Position numbers and translations under genes: made by a program
Virus record (IMG/VR): IMGVR_UViG_3300014050_000019
Source: an uncultured virus (IMG/VR IMGVR_UViG_3300014050_000019)
Lineage: Duplodnaviria > Heunggongvirae > Uroviricota > Caudoviricetes
Length of the DNA: 20,000 nt
Direction: 5' to 3' (one strand)
Notes under the pieces: model-generated
What the model saw: only the letters and a program-made list of their open reading frames with translations
Told to the model about the DNA's origin: nothing
Databases searched by the model: none
Part shown: in pieces, positions 10,014 through 17,291 of the stretch
Layout: each line of letters starts with the position of its first letter
How positions within the stretch are numbered: position 1 is the first letter of the stretch

Positions 10014-11948
10014 TTATGCAGAAATGTCTACAATCTCACAGTTACCATCTGATGTACATGCAAGCGTAGCATTGGTAGATGTTCCGTCTTCTGTTTCATA
10101 AAATGATAGGTCTTCCCAGCGAATTTCTTTTGGCATTCTTGCAAGTAGCGACTCATACTCTTCTTTTGTTACTTCTTGATATGGAGCCTGCTTATATGTA
10201 TGCTCTGAATGTGGTAAAAATGAAATTCCAGATACTTCATCAAAATGCTTGTACACCCATGCTCCAACTTCCATCCACTCATCTTCTTTAACTGATACGG
10301 TAATAGAAGGTTTATGTTCACACCAAGCACGTTGATAAACTAACCAAATGTTTAAATGGTCTAATGCTGTCAAATCATTTCTAACAATTGCGCCATCTGG
10401 GGCTTTTACTGGAAAGGAAAAGACATAGGTATCATTTGGTTTCATTACATCATCTTCTACTGGAATTCCAACTTCTTTTAGAAATGTAGAGATTGGATCT
10501 CCCTTAGAGCCACGAACCGTTCTAATGTAATATGGTGAATGCCATGGATGCATTCCTGAAGATACCCCGACCAATTGGGATACTGTTCCAGAAGGCTTTA
10601 CACATGTAATAGCTGCAGACTCAGGAATCCCAATTTTTCCTGCTTCATCTTTATTTGTTTCTCTTGCTGATTCTCTTAAAGTCATAAGAAATGCCTCTAA
10701 GGAAACTAAATCCTCTTTACCAGACATAAACTTATGTCCAAACTGCCCTGTAAGGGAAACCCCCAGTAGGCGTTCTTCTTCTGTATTATCTTTCCAAATC
10801 TTACGAAGATACTTAAAATCTGTAAGCGTTGATTGCCATGTTCCAAGAATAGTGGCTAATCTTACTTTATTCTGAATATCTTTCTTTGTATCTTTTTCAC
10901 GTAATACGACTTCTGAAAGATTACAAAACTGATAAGGACGCAAAATAATTTCCGAGCAAGGGTTTGTTCCATAGTGAATTTCAGGATCCCTTCTTCCATA
11001 TTTGGCTGCTTGTGCTTGTGCTGCTGCAACGTTGTAAATTCCACGTTCACCAGACTTTGAGTCATATAAATTTTTCCATTCTGCTATAAATTGTTCCATT
11101 GCTGGCTTACGAGAATATGCCACTGAGTTATTTGAAAGTGCACGTTGAGTATTATTTTCCCACCAGTTACCAGACTTTGCTGCTGCCATTTCAATATCAT
11201 TAATGTTAGAAAGAGAAATCATAGCAGATCGTCTTACTCCACCAACAACTACAACTTCACCAATCTTACACATAATATCGTGTGCCTCAATAGGTTTTAA
11301 CTGACGACCTACTGCATTCTTAAATTTTGCAATTGTAAAATCAAAAAGATTAACAAGTGGCTGAGGTCCAGATGAACGACCACCCATTGTCTTTAACCTT
11401 GCTCCTGCAGGACGAACCTTTGATACATCGATTGCTGGAATGTGACCAGTCCAAAGTAATGCAAGGAGCTCACGGTATGCCTTTGCCCATCCTTGCTTAG
11501 AATCTTCTACAACAATTACCGTGTCTGATTTTTCAAGTGATTCTGGAACGGCAGGAAGTTTATTAACATACTTATACTCTACAGAAAATCCAACACCTGT
11601 TCCACACATTAAGATATACATAGTTTCATCAAAAGAACGTGGGTTATCTACTGGAACAAAAGAACAGTTATACCCTGCGACATGATCTCTATCTAATGCA
11701 GCACCTGAAGTCATTACGGCTCTCATTGATGGCATTACGTTTCTATTAAAAACTGCTTCTTTTAATTCTGTAATTAATTCTTTAGATGGAACGTAGTTAT
11801 AGTTTTCTTTAAGATGATTAGTCATAAAGTCAAAATAGCGATCTACTGTTTCACCCCAAGTTTCACGACGACCTTCTTCTGGGATCCATCTTGCATATCG
11901 AGATAGAGCAATAAAGTTTTCGTATGGGTTAGCAATAGTTTTTGACAT
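10014..11948 (-). CDS. nrdJ: Class II adenosylcobalamin-dependent ribonucleotide reductase
   Basis: 644 aa; YNC, GTNPCSEI (thiyl radical Cys), TCVKPSGT, WCEHKPS and C-terminal ACTSDGNC redox pair; no radical-generating small subunit nearby. Confidence 0.93.
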   Translation of the reverse strand: MSKTIANPYENFIALSRYARWIPEEGRRETWGETVDRYFDFMTNHLKENYNYVPSKELITELKEAVFNRNVMPSMRAVMTSGAALDRDHVAGYNCSFVPVDNPRSFDETMYILMCGTGVGFSVEYKYVNKLPAVPESLEKSDTVIVVEDSKQGWAKAYRELLALLWTGHIPAIDVSKVRPAGARLKTMGGRSSGPQPLVNLFDFTIAKFKNAVGRQLKPIEAHDIMCKIGEVVVVGGVRRSAMISLSNINDIEMAAAKSGNWWENNTQRALSNNSVAYSRKPAMEQFIAEWKNLYDSKSGERGIYNVAAAQAQAAKYGRRDPEIHYGTNPCSEIILRPYQFCNLSEVVLREKDTKKDIQNKVRLATILGTWQSTLTDFKYLRKIWKDNTEEERLLGVSLTGQFGHKFMSGKEDLVSLEAFLMTLRESARETNKDEAGKIGIPESAAITCVKPSGTVSQLVGVSSGMHPWHSPYYIRTVRGSKGDPISTFLKEVGIPVEDDVMKPNDTYVFSFPVKAPDGAIVRNDLTALDHLNIWLVYQRAWCEHKPSITVSVKEDEWMEVGAWVYKHFDEVSGISFLPHSEHTYKQAPYQEVTKEEYESLLARMPKEIRWEDLSFYETEDGTSTNATLACTSDGNCEIVDISA

Positions 11949-12004
11949 TTTTTAAATAACACCTTTTCTCCGCCCTGCGGTTTATATTTTTTAGTTGAAG
12001 TCTT

Positions 12005-12013
12005 ATTCTACCA
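12005..12013 (-). promoter_or_regulatory. Extended -10 promoter for nrdJ (TGGTAGAAT)
   Basis: Matches the TGn-TAnnnT motif seen upstream of other genes; lies in the intergenic gap. Confidence 0.5.
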
Positions 12014-12037
12014 AACTTCTATTTAAAGAGGAAGGGG

Positions 12038-13039
12038 TTATGAAAATCTTTCTTCCAAATGACTAAATGCATTCTTAGTCAACTTAATCCAATCATATTC
12101 TTCATGTATTTTAGTTGACTGAGCAAAATAATATCCTGAATATGCTTTAAAATTAATTACAGATTCATACATTAATTGTTCTAGATGTTTTTCATCTGGT
12201 TTAAACATAAGACCTAAATGTGGATCTCCTACTGCTTTTGGCAATTCTTCATCTGATAAACTAGACTTAAGCTTTAGTGGACCTATATACTTTTTATACT
12301 GAGCCCAATCATAAGTTGTTATAGTTGGCATTCCAGTTGCAAGGGCTTGTAATGGAATAAAACCAAAACCTTCTCCCCAGCTTGGATAGATCAGAACGTG
12401 GTGTGAATGATAGAGAGAAACTAATTGTTCTGCAGAATACTCGTCTTTAATTACTTTAATATTATTATATATGTTTTCTGGTAATCCAAAATTACCATAT
12501 TTATCATATACTCTAATTGTATGAGAATGATGAGATTTAATAGTAAGTTGATAGTCTGGATTGTCTCCAAACATTCTTATAAAAGTATCTACAACTAACT
12601 GACCAGATTTTCTAGGTGCTGGTTCTCCAACATGTAAAAACTTAAATGGTCTTCCTTCTCTTAATTCTCTTTTATAAGGAGTCCATATTTTTTCTATTCC
12701 GTGAGTGTATGTTTTAATTGGAACAGTAACTCCATTATTTTTAAAAACTTCTGCGTTCCAGTCTGATGTTGCCCAAACTTCATCACATAAATTCATACGT
12801 TCAGTCCACTCTGGTCTAATGCCAGTAGATTCCCATGGAGTATAACCAATTTGATATTGTCCTCTATGCATTTTATAATGATGAGGTTGTGTAAAATTTA
12901 ATTGTAAAGGCGTATTTGCATTTGTCCAAGTAACAATGTGTCCCAGGCTTTGTAATGATTTAACTATATTTTGTGCGGCATAGCCAAATCCTGTCGCTGG
13001 ATTTAATCCAGGTCTTGGTATAGATAGTGATATTTTCAT
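12038..13039 (-). CDS. Glycosyltransferase, GT-B fold (GT4-like)
   Basis: 333 aa; TGFG, YTPWES, RKSG and YPSWGEGFGFIPLQALATGMP (GT4 EX7E-like signature). Confidence 0.88.
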   Translation of the reverse strand: MKISLSIPRPGLNPATGFGYAAQNIVKSLQSLGHIVTWTNANTPLQLNFTQPHHYKMHRGQYQIGYTPWESTGIRPEWTERMNLCDEVWATSDWNAEVFKNNGVTVPIKTYTHGIEKIWTPYKRELREGRPFKFLHVGEPAPRKSGQLVVDTFIRMFGDNPDYQLTIKSHHSHTIRVYDKYGNFGLPENIYNNIKVIKDEYSAEQLVSLYHSHHVLIYPSWGEGFGFIPLQALATGMPTITTYDWAQYKKYIGPLKLKSSLSDEELPKAVGDPHLGLMFKPDEKHLEQLMYESVINFKAYSGYYFAQSTKIHEEYDWIKLTKNAFSHLEERFS

Positions 13040-13060
13040 ATTTTTTTCTGGTTGACTGGC

Positions 13061-13090
13061 TTGACACCTACTGTCAAGTAATGCTACTAT
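13061..13090 (+). promoter_or_regulatory. Sigma70-type promoter TTGACA-18-TACTAT (TG-extended), overlapped by inverted repeat CTTGACA-N5-TGTCAAG
   Basis: Read directly upstream of SD AAAGGAGG and ATG 13118. Confidence 0.65.
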
Positions 13091-13117
13091 TATAGTTCGT
13101 TATCTCTAAAGGAGGAA

Positions 13118-13675
13118 ATGCCAATGGAGAATATCAAACAACGTTTGAGCGATGTTGCTCATAACTGGTCGTATATAGGAATGATAACATTATTTTTATT
13201 TACTGTCCAGCCTGGACCAACAACATCTCAAGCATTGACGGTGGAAACACCTAAATCGACAGTACAACTAAAGAAAGAAACCTTAGAGAAGTACAGCACT
13301 ACTGTGTACAAGCCTTCTGAGACGCTAACAGACGGAGAACTAAAAGAACTTCTATCAGCTGTTGGCTTTGAAGGAAAAGCCCTTAAAACGGCTTGGGCTA
13401 TTGCTAAGTCAGAATCTAATGCTAGACCTATGGCTTACAATGGTAACAGGAAAACTGGAGACAGTTCCTACGGAATTTTTCAGATTAATATGTTGGGTGA
13501 ACTCGGCATTGATCGTAAAGAAAAATTTGAATTAAAATCAAATATCACATTATTTGATCCAGTAATAAATGCAGAGATAACGTATCATATGACTAAAGGC
13601 GGAACTGATTGGTCATCATGGCCTTCCCTAAATGGGGCAAGGTATAAAGAATTCCTAGCAGAATTCAAAAATTAG
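13118..13675 (+). CDS. Lytic transglycosylase / lysozyme-like (SLT-fold) protein with an N-terminal hydrophobic anchor
   Basis: AIAKSES (catalytic Glu), SYGIFQIN, LFDPVINA and WSSW motifs; hydrophobic segment YIGMITLFLFTV. Confidence 0.85.
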   Translation: MPMENIKQRLSDVAHNWSYIGMITLFLFTVQPGPTTSQALTVETPKSTVQLKKETLEKYSTTVYKPSETLTDGELKELLSAVGFEGKALKTAWAIAKSESNARPMAYNGNRKTGDSSYGIFQINMLGELGIDRKEKFELKSNITLFDPVINAEITYHMTKGGTDWSSWPSLNGARYKEFLAEFKN

Positions 13676-13687
13676 AAAGGAAGGTAT

Positions 13688-13894
13688 GTGAAGATACAAT
13701 ATGTGTCTAAATACCTTCTTCTAGCAGAGAAGGGCCTTGTTCCTAGACTTGAATGTCCAATGGATCAGGGCCCTTTGATGTGTAACGAAACAGATGAGGG
13801 TATAATATATTTATACTGCTTATCTTGCAGCTTTAAAAAAGACGTGGGATTGGAATATTATGGAAAACTTAAATCAGCCGTCGATTCTAACTGA
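13688..13894 (+). CDS. Small zinc-ribbon-like protein
   Basis: 68 aa, CPMD...CLSC; SD GGAAGG, GTG start. Confidence 0.7.
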   Translation: MKIQYVSKYLLLAEKGLVPRLECPMDQGPLMCNETDEGIIYLYCLSCSFKKDVGLEYYGKLKSAVDSN

Positions 13895-13979
13895 TGGTGA
13901 AGCCATTAAAGAAACTGACGCCATGGGGCGTGAAAAGTTTTGGGAAGATTTAGGAAGACCCGATGACAGCGGAAAATAA
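13860..13979 (+). CDS. Hypothetical 39-aa protein
   Basis: Hand-translated MENLNQPSILTDGEAIKETDAMGREKFWEDLGRPDDSGK; fills the gap and overlaps both neighbours. Confidence 0.45.
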   Translation: MENLNQPSILTDGEAIKETDAMGREKFWEDLGRPDDSGK

Positions 13980-14187
13980 CGAACAGCCACAAAATTTAGA
14001 AGATAATTTGCCAATGGTAAATTATATTATGCTTCATAGAATATATGATTTATTGACATTGATTGCAAATAAAATTGTTGGATCAGAAGATGTATCTAAA
14101 ATGGTTGAATATCATAACCAAGGATACCTCCTGGGTCCTACTCCGTCTTTTACTCCTACAGAGGATAAAGATGAGCGATCTGAATGA
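13963..14187 (+). CDS. Hypothetical protein
   Basis: 74-aa ORF, SD AGGA. Confidence 0.7.
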   Translation: MTAENNEQPQNLEDNLPMVNYIMLHRIYDLLTLIANKIVGSEDVSKMVEYHNQGYLLGPTPSFTPTEDKDERSE

Positions 14188-14347
14188 ATATCCAGATAAA
14201 TATATAAACTACTATAATCAGATTCTTCCAGTTTGTGAAGGTTGTGAATTATATTCAGAATTAGACAACGAGTGCTTGGTTGAAGAGAAAAAAATATTTG
14301 ATATAGTTATATCAGAAAATCCAGTATGTCCTATAGGAGAATGGTGA
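14171..14347 (+). CDS. Small Cys-rich metal-binding protein
   Basis: Start re-assigned to ATG 14171 (SD GAGGA); CEGC...C...CPIGEW. Confidence 0.65.
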   Translation: MSDLNEYPDKYINYYNQILPVCEGCELYSELDNECLVEEKKIFDIVISENPVCPIGEW

Positions 14348-14628
14348 ATAAAATATATATAGATCAGATTGCTTACAAGATGAATCGGGCCAAAAAAGAC
14401 GGTTACGAAGATACTACAAAATCCGCTGCCGCTTTACTATGGATGGTAGAAAAGATTGAGTCTAGGCTAAATAAATGTTTAAATGTAGAAAATGGAAATT
14501 GTAATATGACCTGGAGGCATGACGATTGTCTTGTGCTTATGGAACTACTTTATGATTTAACTAAAGATGAAAAGTATGCAGAAAAGCCATGGATAATGGA
14601 TTCAAATAAAATGTCGCTTTGGGACTAA
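14341..14628 (+). CDS. Hypothetical protein
   Basis: Start likely ATG 14341 or GTG 14344 behind SD AGGAG; C...C...H..C motif. Confidence 0.65.
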   Translation: MVNKIYIDQIAYKMNRAKKDGYEDTTKSAAALLWMVEKIESRLNKCLNVENGNCNMTWRHDDCLVLMELLYDLTKDEKYAEKPWIMDSNKMSLWD

Positions 14629-14634
14629 AAATGG

Positions 14635-14663
14635 TTGACTTAAAATATAAATTATTTTATACT
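14635..14663 (+). promoter_or_regulatory. Sigma70-type promoter TTGACT-17-TATACT
   Basis: Near-consensus boxes with 17-nt spacing; no ORF lies between it and the terminator at 14729-14764. Confidence 0.7.
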
Positions 14664-14668
14664 TCATT

Positions 14669-14764
14669 AGTACGGGTTGTAGCATCCCACAGATTAAGCT
14701 CCCCGTATTCTATGTAGCAATACATAGTAAGACCCCAACCGAATCCGCCTTTGGTTGGGGTTTT
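14669..14764 (+). ncRNA. Candidate stand-alone structured small RNA (~95 nt)
   Basis: Own promoter; stems AGTACGGG/CCCGTATT and CTATGTA-GCAA-TACATAG, plus a 15-bp terminator stem ending in TTTT; G-U pairs favour the plus strand. Confidence 0.6.
14729..14764 (+). terminator. Intrinsic terminator
   Basis: AAGACCCCAACCGAA-TCCGCC-TTTGGTTGGGGTTTT. Confidence 0.8.
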
Positions 14765-14774
14765 ATAATATATC

Positions 14775-14783
14775 TGGTATAAT
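14775..14783 (+). promoter_or_regulatory. Extended -10 promoter TGGTATAAT (leaderless)
   Basis: 6 nt upstream of ATG 14790, no SD. Confidence 0.7.
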
Positions 14784-14789
14784 TATCAT

Positions 14790-15041
14790 ATGTCAGTAAA
14801 TCATGCTAATATTTCAGTTCCTGCGAATACCGTCACATTTGTTGCGGCAAATCCTGGACAACTTACAGTTACAAATACATCTTCAACCGCAACAGTATAT
14901 TTTGGAGATCCTTACGTAACAGCATCTAGTTATGGAGTTGCATTATCTCCTTTATCATCTGTTCATATTGGAACGCTAGATAATAATATATATGCTTTTT
15001 CTACTTCTGCGGCAACAATTTCAATCCTATACGTAGCATAA
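14790..15041 (+). CDS. Small beta-rich hypothetical protein
   Basis: 83-aa ORF with a leaderless promoter; NTSSTATVYFG...YGVAL pattern. Confidence 0.7.
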   Translation: MSVNHANISVPANTVTFVAANPGQLTVTNTSSTATVYFGDPYVTASSYGVALSPLSSVHIGTLDNNIYAFSTSAATISILYVA

Positions 15042-15098
15042 CTATTGAATTGTGCAAGACTATATGCTACTATTGTAGCCTATAGAAAAGGGCGGATC

Positions 15099-15800
15099 AT
15101 GGAAGAATCCAAGAAACCACATTACGACGTAATTATTACAACCCCAGGACATAGCATGAATCAGCTATATGTATTATCACTTGTGGGTACCATTAAAGAA
15201 TTAGAAAAAAGAGGAATCTCTTGGGCATATTTTTCACAGTATGCTTCAAATGTTGTAGAGGCTAGAGAAAATACAATTCTTGGCGGAAGTAATATTCCAG
15301 AGTCTCATAGAATCAATGAACCTATGTTTGGTTCTGTTACATATAATAAAATATTTATGATTGACTCAGATATTGAATGGCATCCAAGTGATTTCATGAA
15401 ACTTTACGAATCTGATAAAGATGCAATTGTTGGTGCATACCTTATGGCAAGTGGTGACAGAACAACTTTATGTGAGTGGAGTCCAGAAGCAGTTTATCAA
15501 GTACCCCCTCATATGGACAAGCAACAAATTCTAGATAGAACAGAACCATTTATAGTTACTGGTAGCGGACTTGGCTTTGCTTGTATTAAGAGCGGAGTTT
15601 TTGAAAGAGTTACACGACCATGGTTTTCACCAATGGTAGTAGAAGTTCCAGATAAGCTTGGTGGGTCATACCTACTAACATACTCTGAAGATATATCATT
15701 TATTTTGAAGATGAAAGATTATGGAATTAATCTATGGTGTGATCCGTTAGTAAGAGTCAACCATATCAAGACAGTTAAAGTTGGTTGGGGAAAAAGGTAA
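15099..15800 (+). CDS. Glycosyltransferase, GT-A fold (GT2-like)
   Basis: Start re-assigned to ATG 15099; AREN, MIDSD (DxD), GLGFACIK, SEDISF and HIK motifs; promoter TGCTACTAT at 15065-15073. Confidence 0.82.
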   Translation: MEESKKPHYDVIITTPGHSMNQLYVLSLVGTIKELEKRGISWAYFSQYASNVVEARENTILGGSNIPESHRINEPMFGSVTYNKIFMIDSDIEWHPSDFMKLYESDKDAIVGAYLMASGDRTTLCEWSPEAVYQVPPHMDKQQILDRTEPFIVTGSGLGFACIKSGVFERVTRPWFSPMVVEVPDKLGGSYLLTYSEDISFILKMKDYGINLWCDPLVRVNHIKTVKVGWGKR

Positions 15801-15802
15801 AG

Positions 15803-15875
15803 CCTCTTCGGCAGGAGTCGAACCTGCGACCAGTCGGGTAGAAACCGAATGCTCTGTCCTCTGAGCTACGAAGAG
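15803..15875 (-). tRNA. trnR: tRNA-Arg(TCT)
   Basis: Cloverleaf CTCTTCG/CGAAGAG, D arm GCTC/GAGC, anticodon loop TT-TCT-AC, T arm GCAGG-TTCGACT-CCTGC; no encoded CCA. Confidence 0.92.
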
Positions 15876-15887
15876 TAGGTTATTAAA

Positions 15888-16283
15888 TTAAGATCTACCA
15901 GATCTTTGATAAGTTCTTATTCTATGACAATTTGCACAAACTACTTCACATTTAGCAATCTCTGCTTTTATAATCTCAATATCTTGAGTATGATTTCTAT
16001 AAGCAGAAACACTAAAGTCTTTATTATCTGAAATATGATCTAGGTCAAGCATATAGTACGGATATTTCTCTCCACAGTCTACACAGCCGAACGACTCTTT
16101 ATAATCTCTAATATGCTTATCAATAGCCCGCCTATAACTTCTTCGTCTGGTATTATAATTAACCTTAACGCTTTCGCTCAAGTGATAAGCTATAGTTCCC
16201 TTAGAGCATCCTAGTATTTCTACTATTTGATTATAAGTTTTGCCCTCAGATCTAAGCCTGAAGATATCCTCTTTATGTCTCAT
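15888..16283 (-). CDS. HNH endonuclease with N-terminal HTH
   Basis: HTH-like GKTYNQIVEILGCSKGTIAYH; CVDC...DLDH...CEVVCANCHRIRT; start re-assigned to leaderless ATG 16283. Confidence 0.85.
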   Translation of the reverse strand: MRHKEDIFRLRSEGKTYNQIVEILGCSKGTIAYHLSESVKVNYNTRRRSYRRAIDKHIRDYKESFGCVDCGEKYPYYMLDLDHISDNKDFSVSAYRNHTQDIEIIKAEIAKCEVVCANCHRIRTYQRSGRS

Positions 16284-16289
16284 AGTTCG

Positions 16290-16318
16290 ATTATACAAAA
16301 TGGATCGAATCATGTCAA
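16290..16318 (-). promoter_or_regulatory. Perfect consensus promoter TTGACA-17-TATAAT (leaderless HNH transcript)
   Basis: Minus strand TTGACA (16318-16313), TATAAT (16295-16290), then 6 nt to ATG. Confidence 0.8.
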
Positions 16319-16325
16319 TAGTATT

Positions 16326-16399
16326 TGGAGCGGATGATGAGAATTGAACTCACCCCTTCTGCTTGGAAGGCAGAGGCACTACCGATATGCAACATCCGC
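16326..16399 (-). tRNA. trnG: tRNA-Gly(TCC)
   Basis: GCGGATG/CATCCGC acceptor stem, anticodon loop CT-TCC-AA, T arm GTGAG-TTCAATT-CTCAT, U discriminator plus encoded CCA. Confidence 0.92.
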
Positions 16400-16401
16400 A
16401 A

Positions 16402-16535
16402 GAGAACTCGGTTTATAGACTCCACACCGTAAGGCTTCCCCGCATGCGTTCTCAACATGGTGTAGTCGACTAGCTATATCGCTACATAACACGTACTTCT
16501 GCAACCGACGGCAGGTGTAGAGGTGCTGGTTCCAG
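16402..16535 (-). ncRNA. Candidate structured RNA(s) between tRNA-Asn and tRNA-Gly
   Basis: GC-richer than the flanks, no credible ORF, three consecutive helical domains. Confidence 0.4.
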
Positions 16536-16608
16536 CTGACCCACCAGGTCTCGATCCTGGGACATTCGAATTAACAGTTCGACGCTCTACCAACTGAGCT
16601 ATGGGTCA
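16536..16608 (-). tRNA. trnN: tRNA-Asn(GTT)
   Basis: TGACCCA/TGGGTCA acceptor stem, anticodon loop CT-GTT-AA, G discriminator; atypical T-loop ATCGAGA; no encoded CCA. Confidence 0.9.
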
Positions 16609-16630
16609 TTATCTTATAAGTATACTAAAT

Positions 16631-16667
16631 AAAGTGCGAAATGAAAAGTGCGCCCGAAAAAAGTGCG
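16631..16667. repeat. Three direct repeats of AAAGTGCG
   Basis: Copies at 16631, 16645 and 16660, upstream of the -10 TATACT (16624-16619) of the tRNA transcript. Confidence 0.75.
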
Positions 16668-16683
16668 GCGGGAAGAGAAGACC

Positions 16684-16965
16684 CTATTTAATTTTATTAA
16701 CTCTTCTCATATGAGTCCTAATACGATGACAATTACTACATACGATCTCACACTTAGCAATTTCCTCATCTATCTTCTTCTTGGACAATGTAGGAATTAA
16801 TTCCATAACATTTGCATGCTTCTTGCCACGTACGTGGTCAAAATCCATGACATAATATGGATAATACTCCTTACAGTCCATGCAAGGAATAGTTTCTTTA
16901 AGGGTTCTGATGTACAGGGCCAAATTAGCCTTCTGCTTGGCTATAGAGAGCTTTTCGGACTTCAT
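16684..16965 (-). CDS. Small HNH endonuclease
   Basis: CMDC...MDFDH...CEIVCSNCHRIRT; paralog of 15888-16283 lacking the HTH; promoter TGCTACAAT at 17011-17003. Confidence 0.85.
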   Translation of the reverse strand: MKSEKLSIAKQKANLALYIRTLKETIPCMDCKEYYPYYVMDFDHVRGKKHANVMELIPTLSKKKIDEEIAKCEIVCSNCHRIRTHMRRVNKIK

Positions 16966-17040
16966 ACTAGGTAATACCTACAAGAGGGTCTCATATGGCT
17001 TAATTGTAGCAAAGAAAATTTCTTTGGCTATCCCGCCTTT

Positions 17041-17175
17041 TTAATTATTTGATTGAGAATACTTTCCAGATTTAATATCTGCATACTCCATGCCATGAGC
17101 TATACAGAACCATATTGATCTATCTTCTTTTAAATTAAACAATGCTGGTTGATTACATCTAGTACATCTATTCAT
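17041..17175 (-). CDS. 44-aa zinc-finger-like microprotein
   Basis: MNRCTRCNQPALFNLKEDRSIWFCIAHGMEYADIKSGKYSQSNN; SD AAGGA; ATGA overlap with the upstream ORF. Confidence 0.6.
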   Translation of the reverse strand: MNRCTRCNQPALFNLKEDRSIWFCIAHGMEYADIKSGKYSQSNN

Positions 17176-17291
17176 TTATTGTTCCTTAGTTTATTTATAC
17201 AATTTACACAGTAATTCTCAAGTACACCTTTATTGTTTAATCTTTCAACATACTTTGGATTATCACAGAAGTTACATTTATTAGTAGTCAA
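17172..17291 (-). CDS. 39-aa CxxC/CxxC zinc-ribbon microprotein
   Basis: TTG start; MTTNKCNFCDNPKYVERLNNKGVLENYCVNCINKLRNNK. Confidence 0.55.
   Translation of the reverse strand: MTTNKCNFCDNPKYVERLNNKGVLENYCVNCINKLRNNK

Noticed and set aside
107..10291. Plus-strand ORFs (107, 851, 3882, 5386, 7249, 7967, 8198, 9392, 10079) and short alternative-frame minus ORFs (3115, 4486, 8433, 8450)
   Set aside because: They are antisense or off-frame shadows of well-supported genes, with no RBS and no recognisable motifs; the same applies to 10862-11065 and 19144-19377
10014..11948. Intein or intron in nrdJ, or a cobalamin riboswitch upstream
   Set aside because: The ORF is continuous and compact with no splicing motifs; the upstream gap is under 90 nt, too short for a B12 riboswitch
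15781..15790. TTGGTTGGGG identical to the 3' arm of the 14.7-kb terminator
   Set aside because: A single 10-mer inside coding sequence (Val-Gly-Trp-Gly), and the complementary arm is sequestered in a stable stem; likely chance
16488..16535. Definite theta/HDV-like ribozyme after tRNA-Asn
   Set aside because: P1/P2-like crossing helices are possible, but I could not fit P3, L3 or the catalytic C in J4/2; kept only as an unclassified structured spacer
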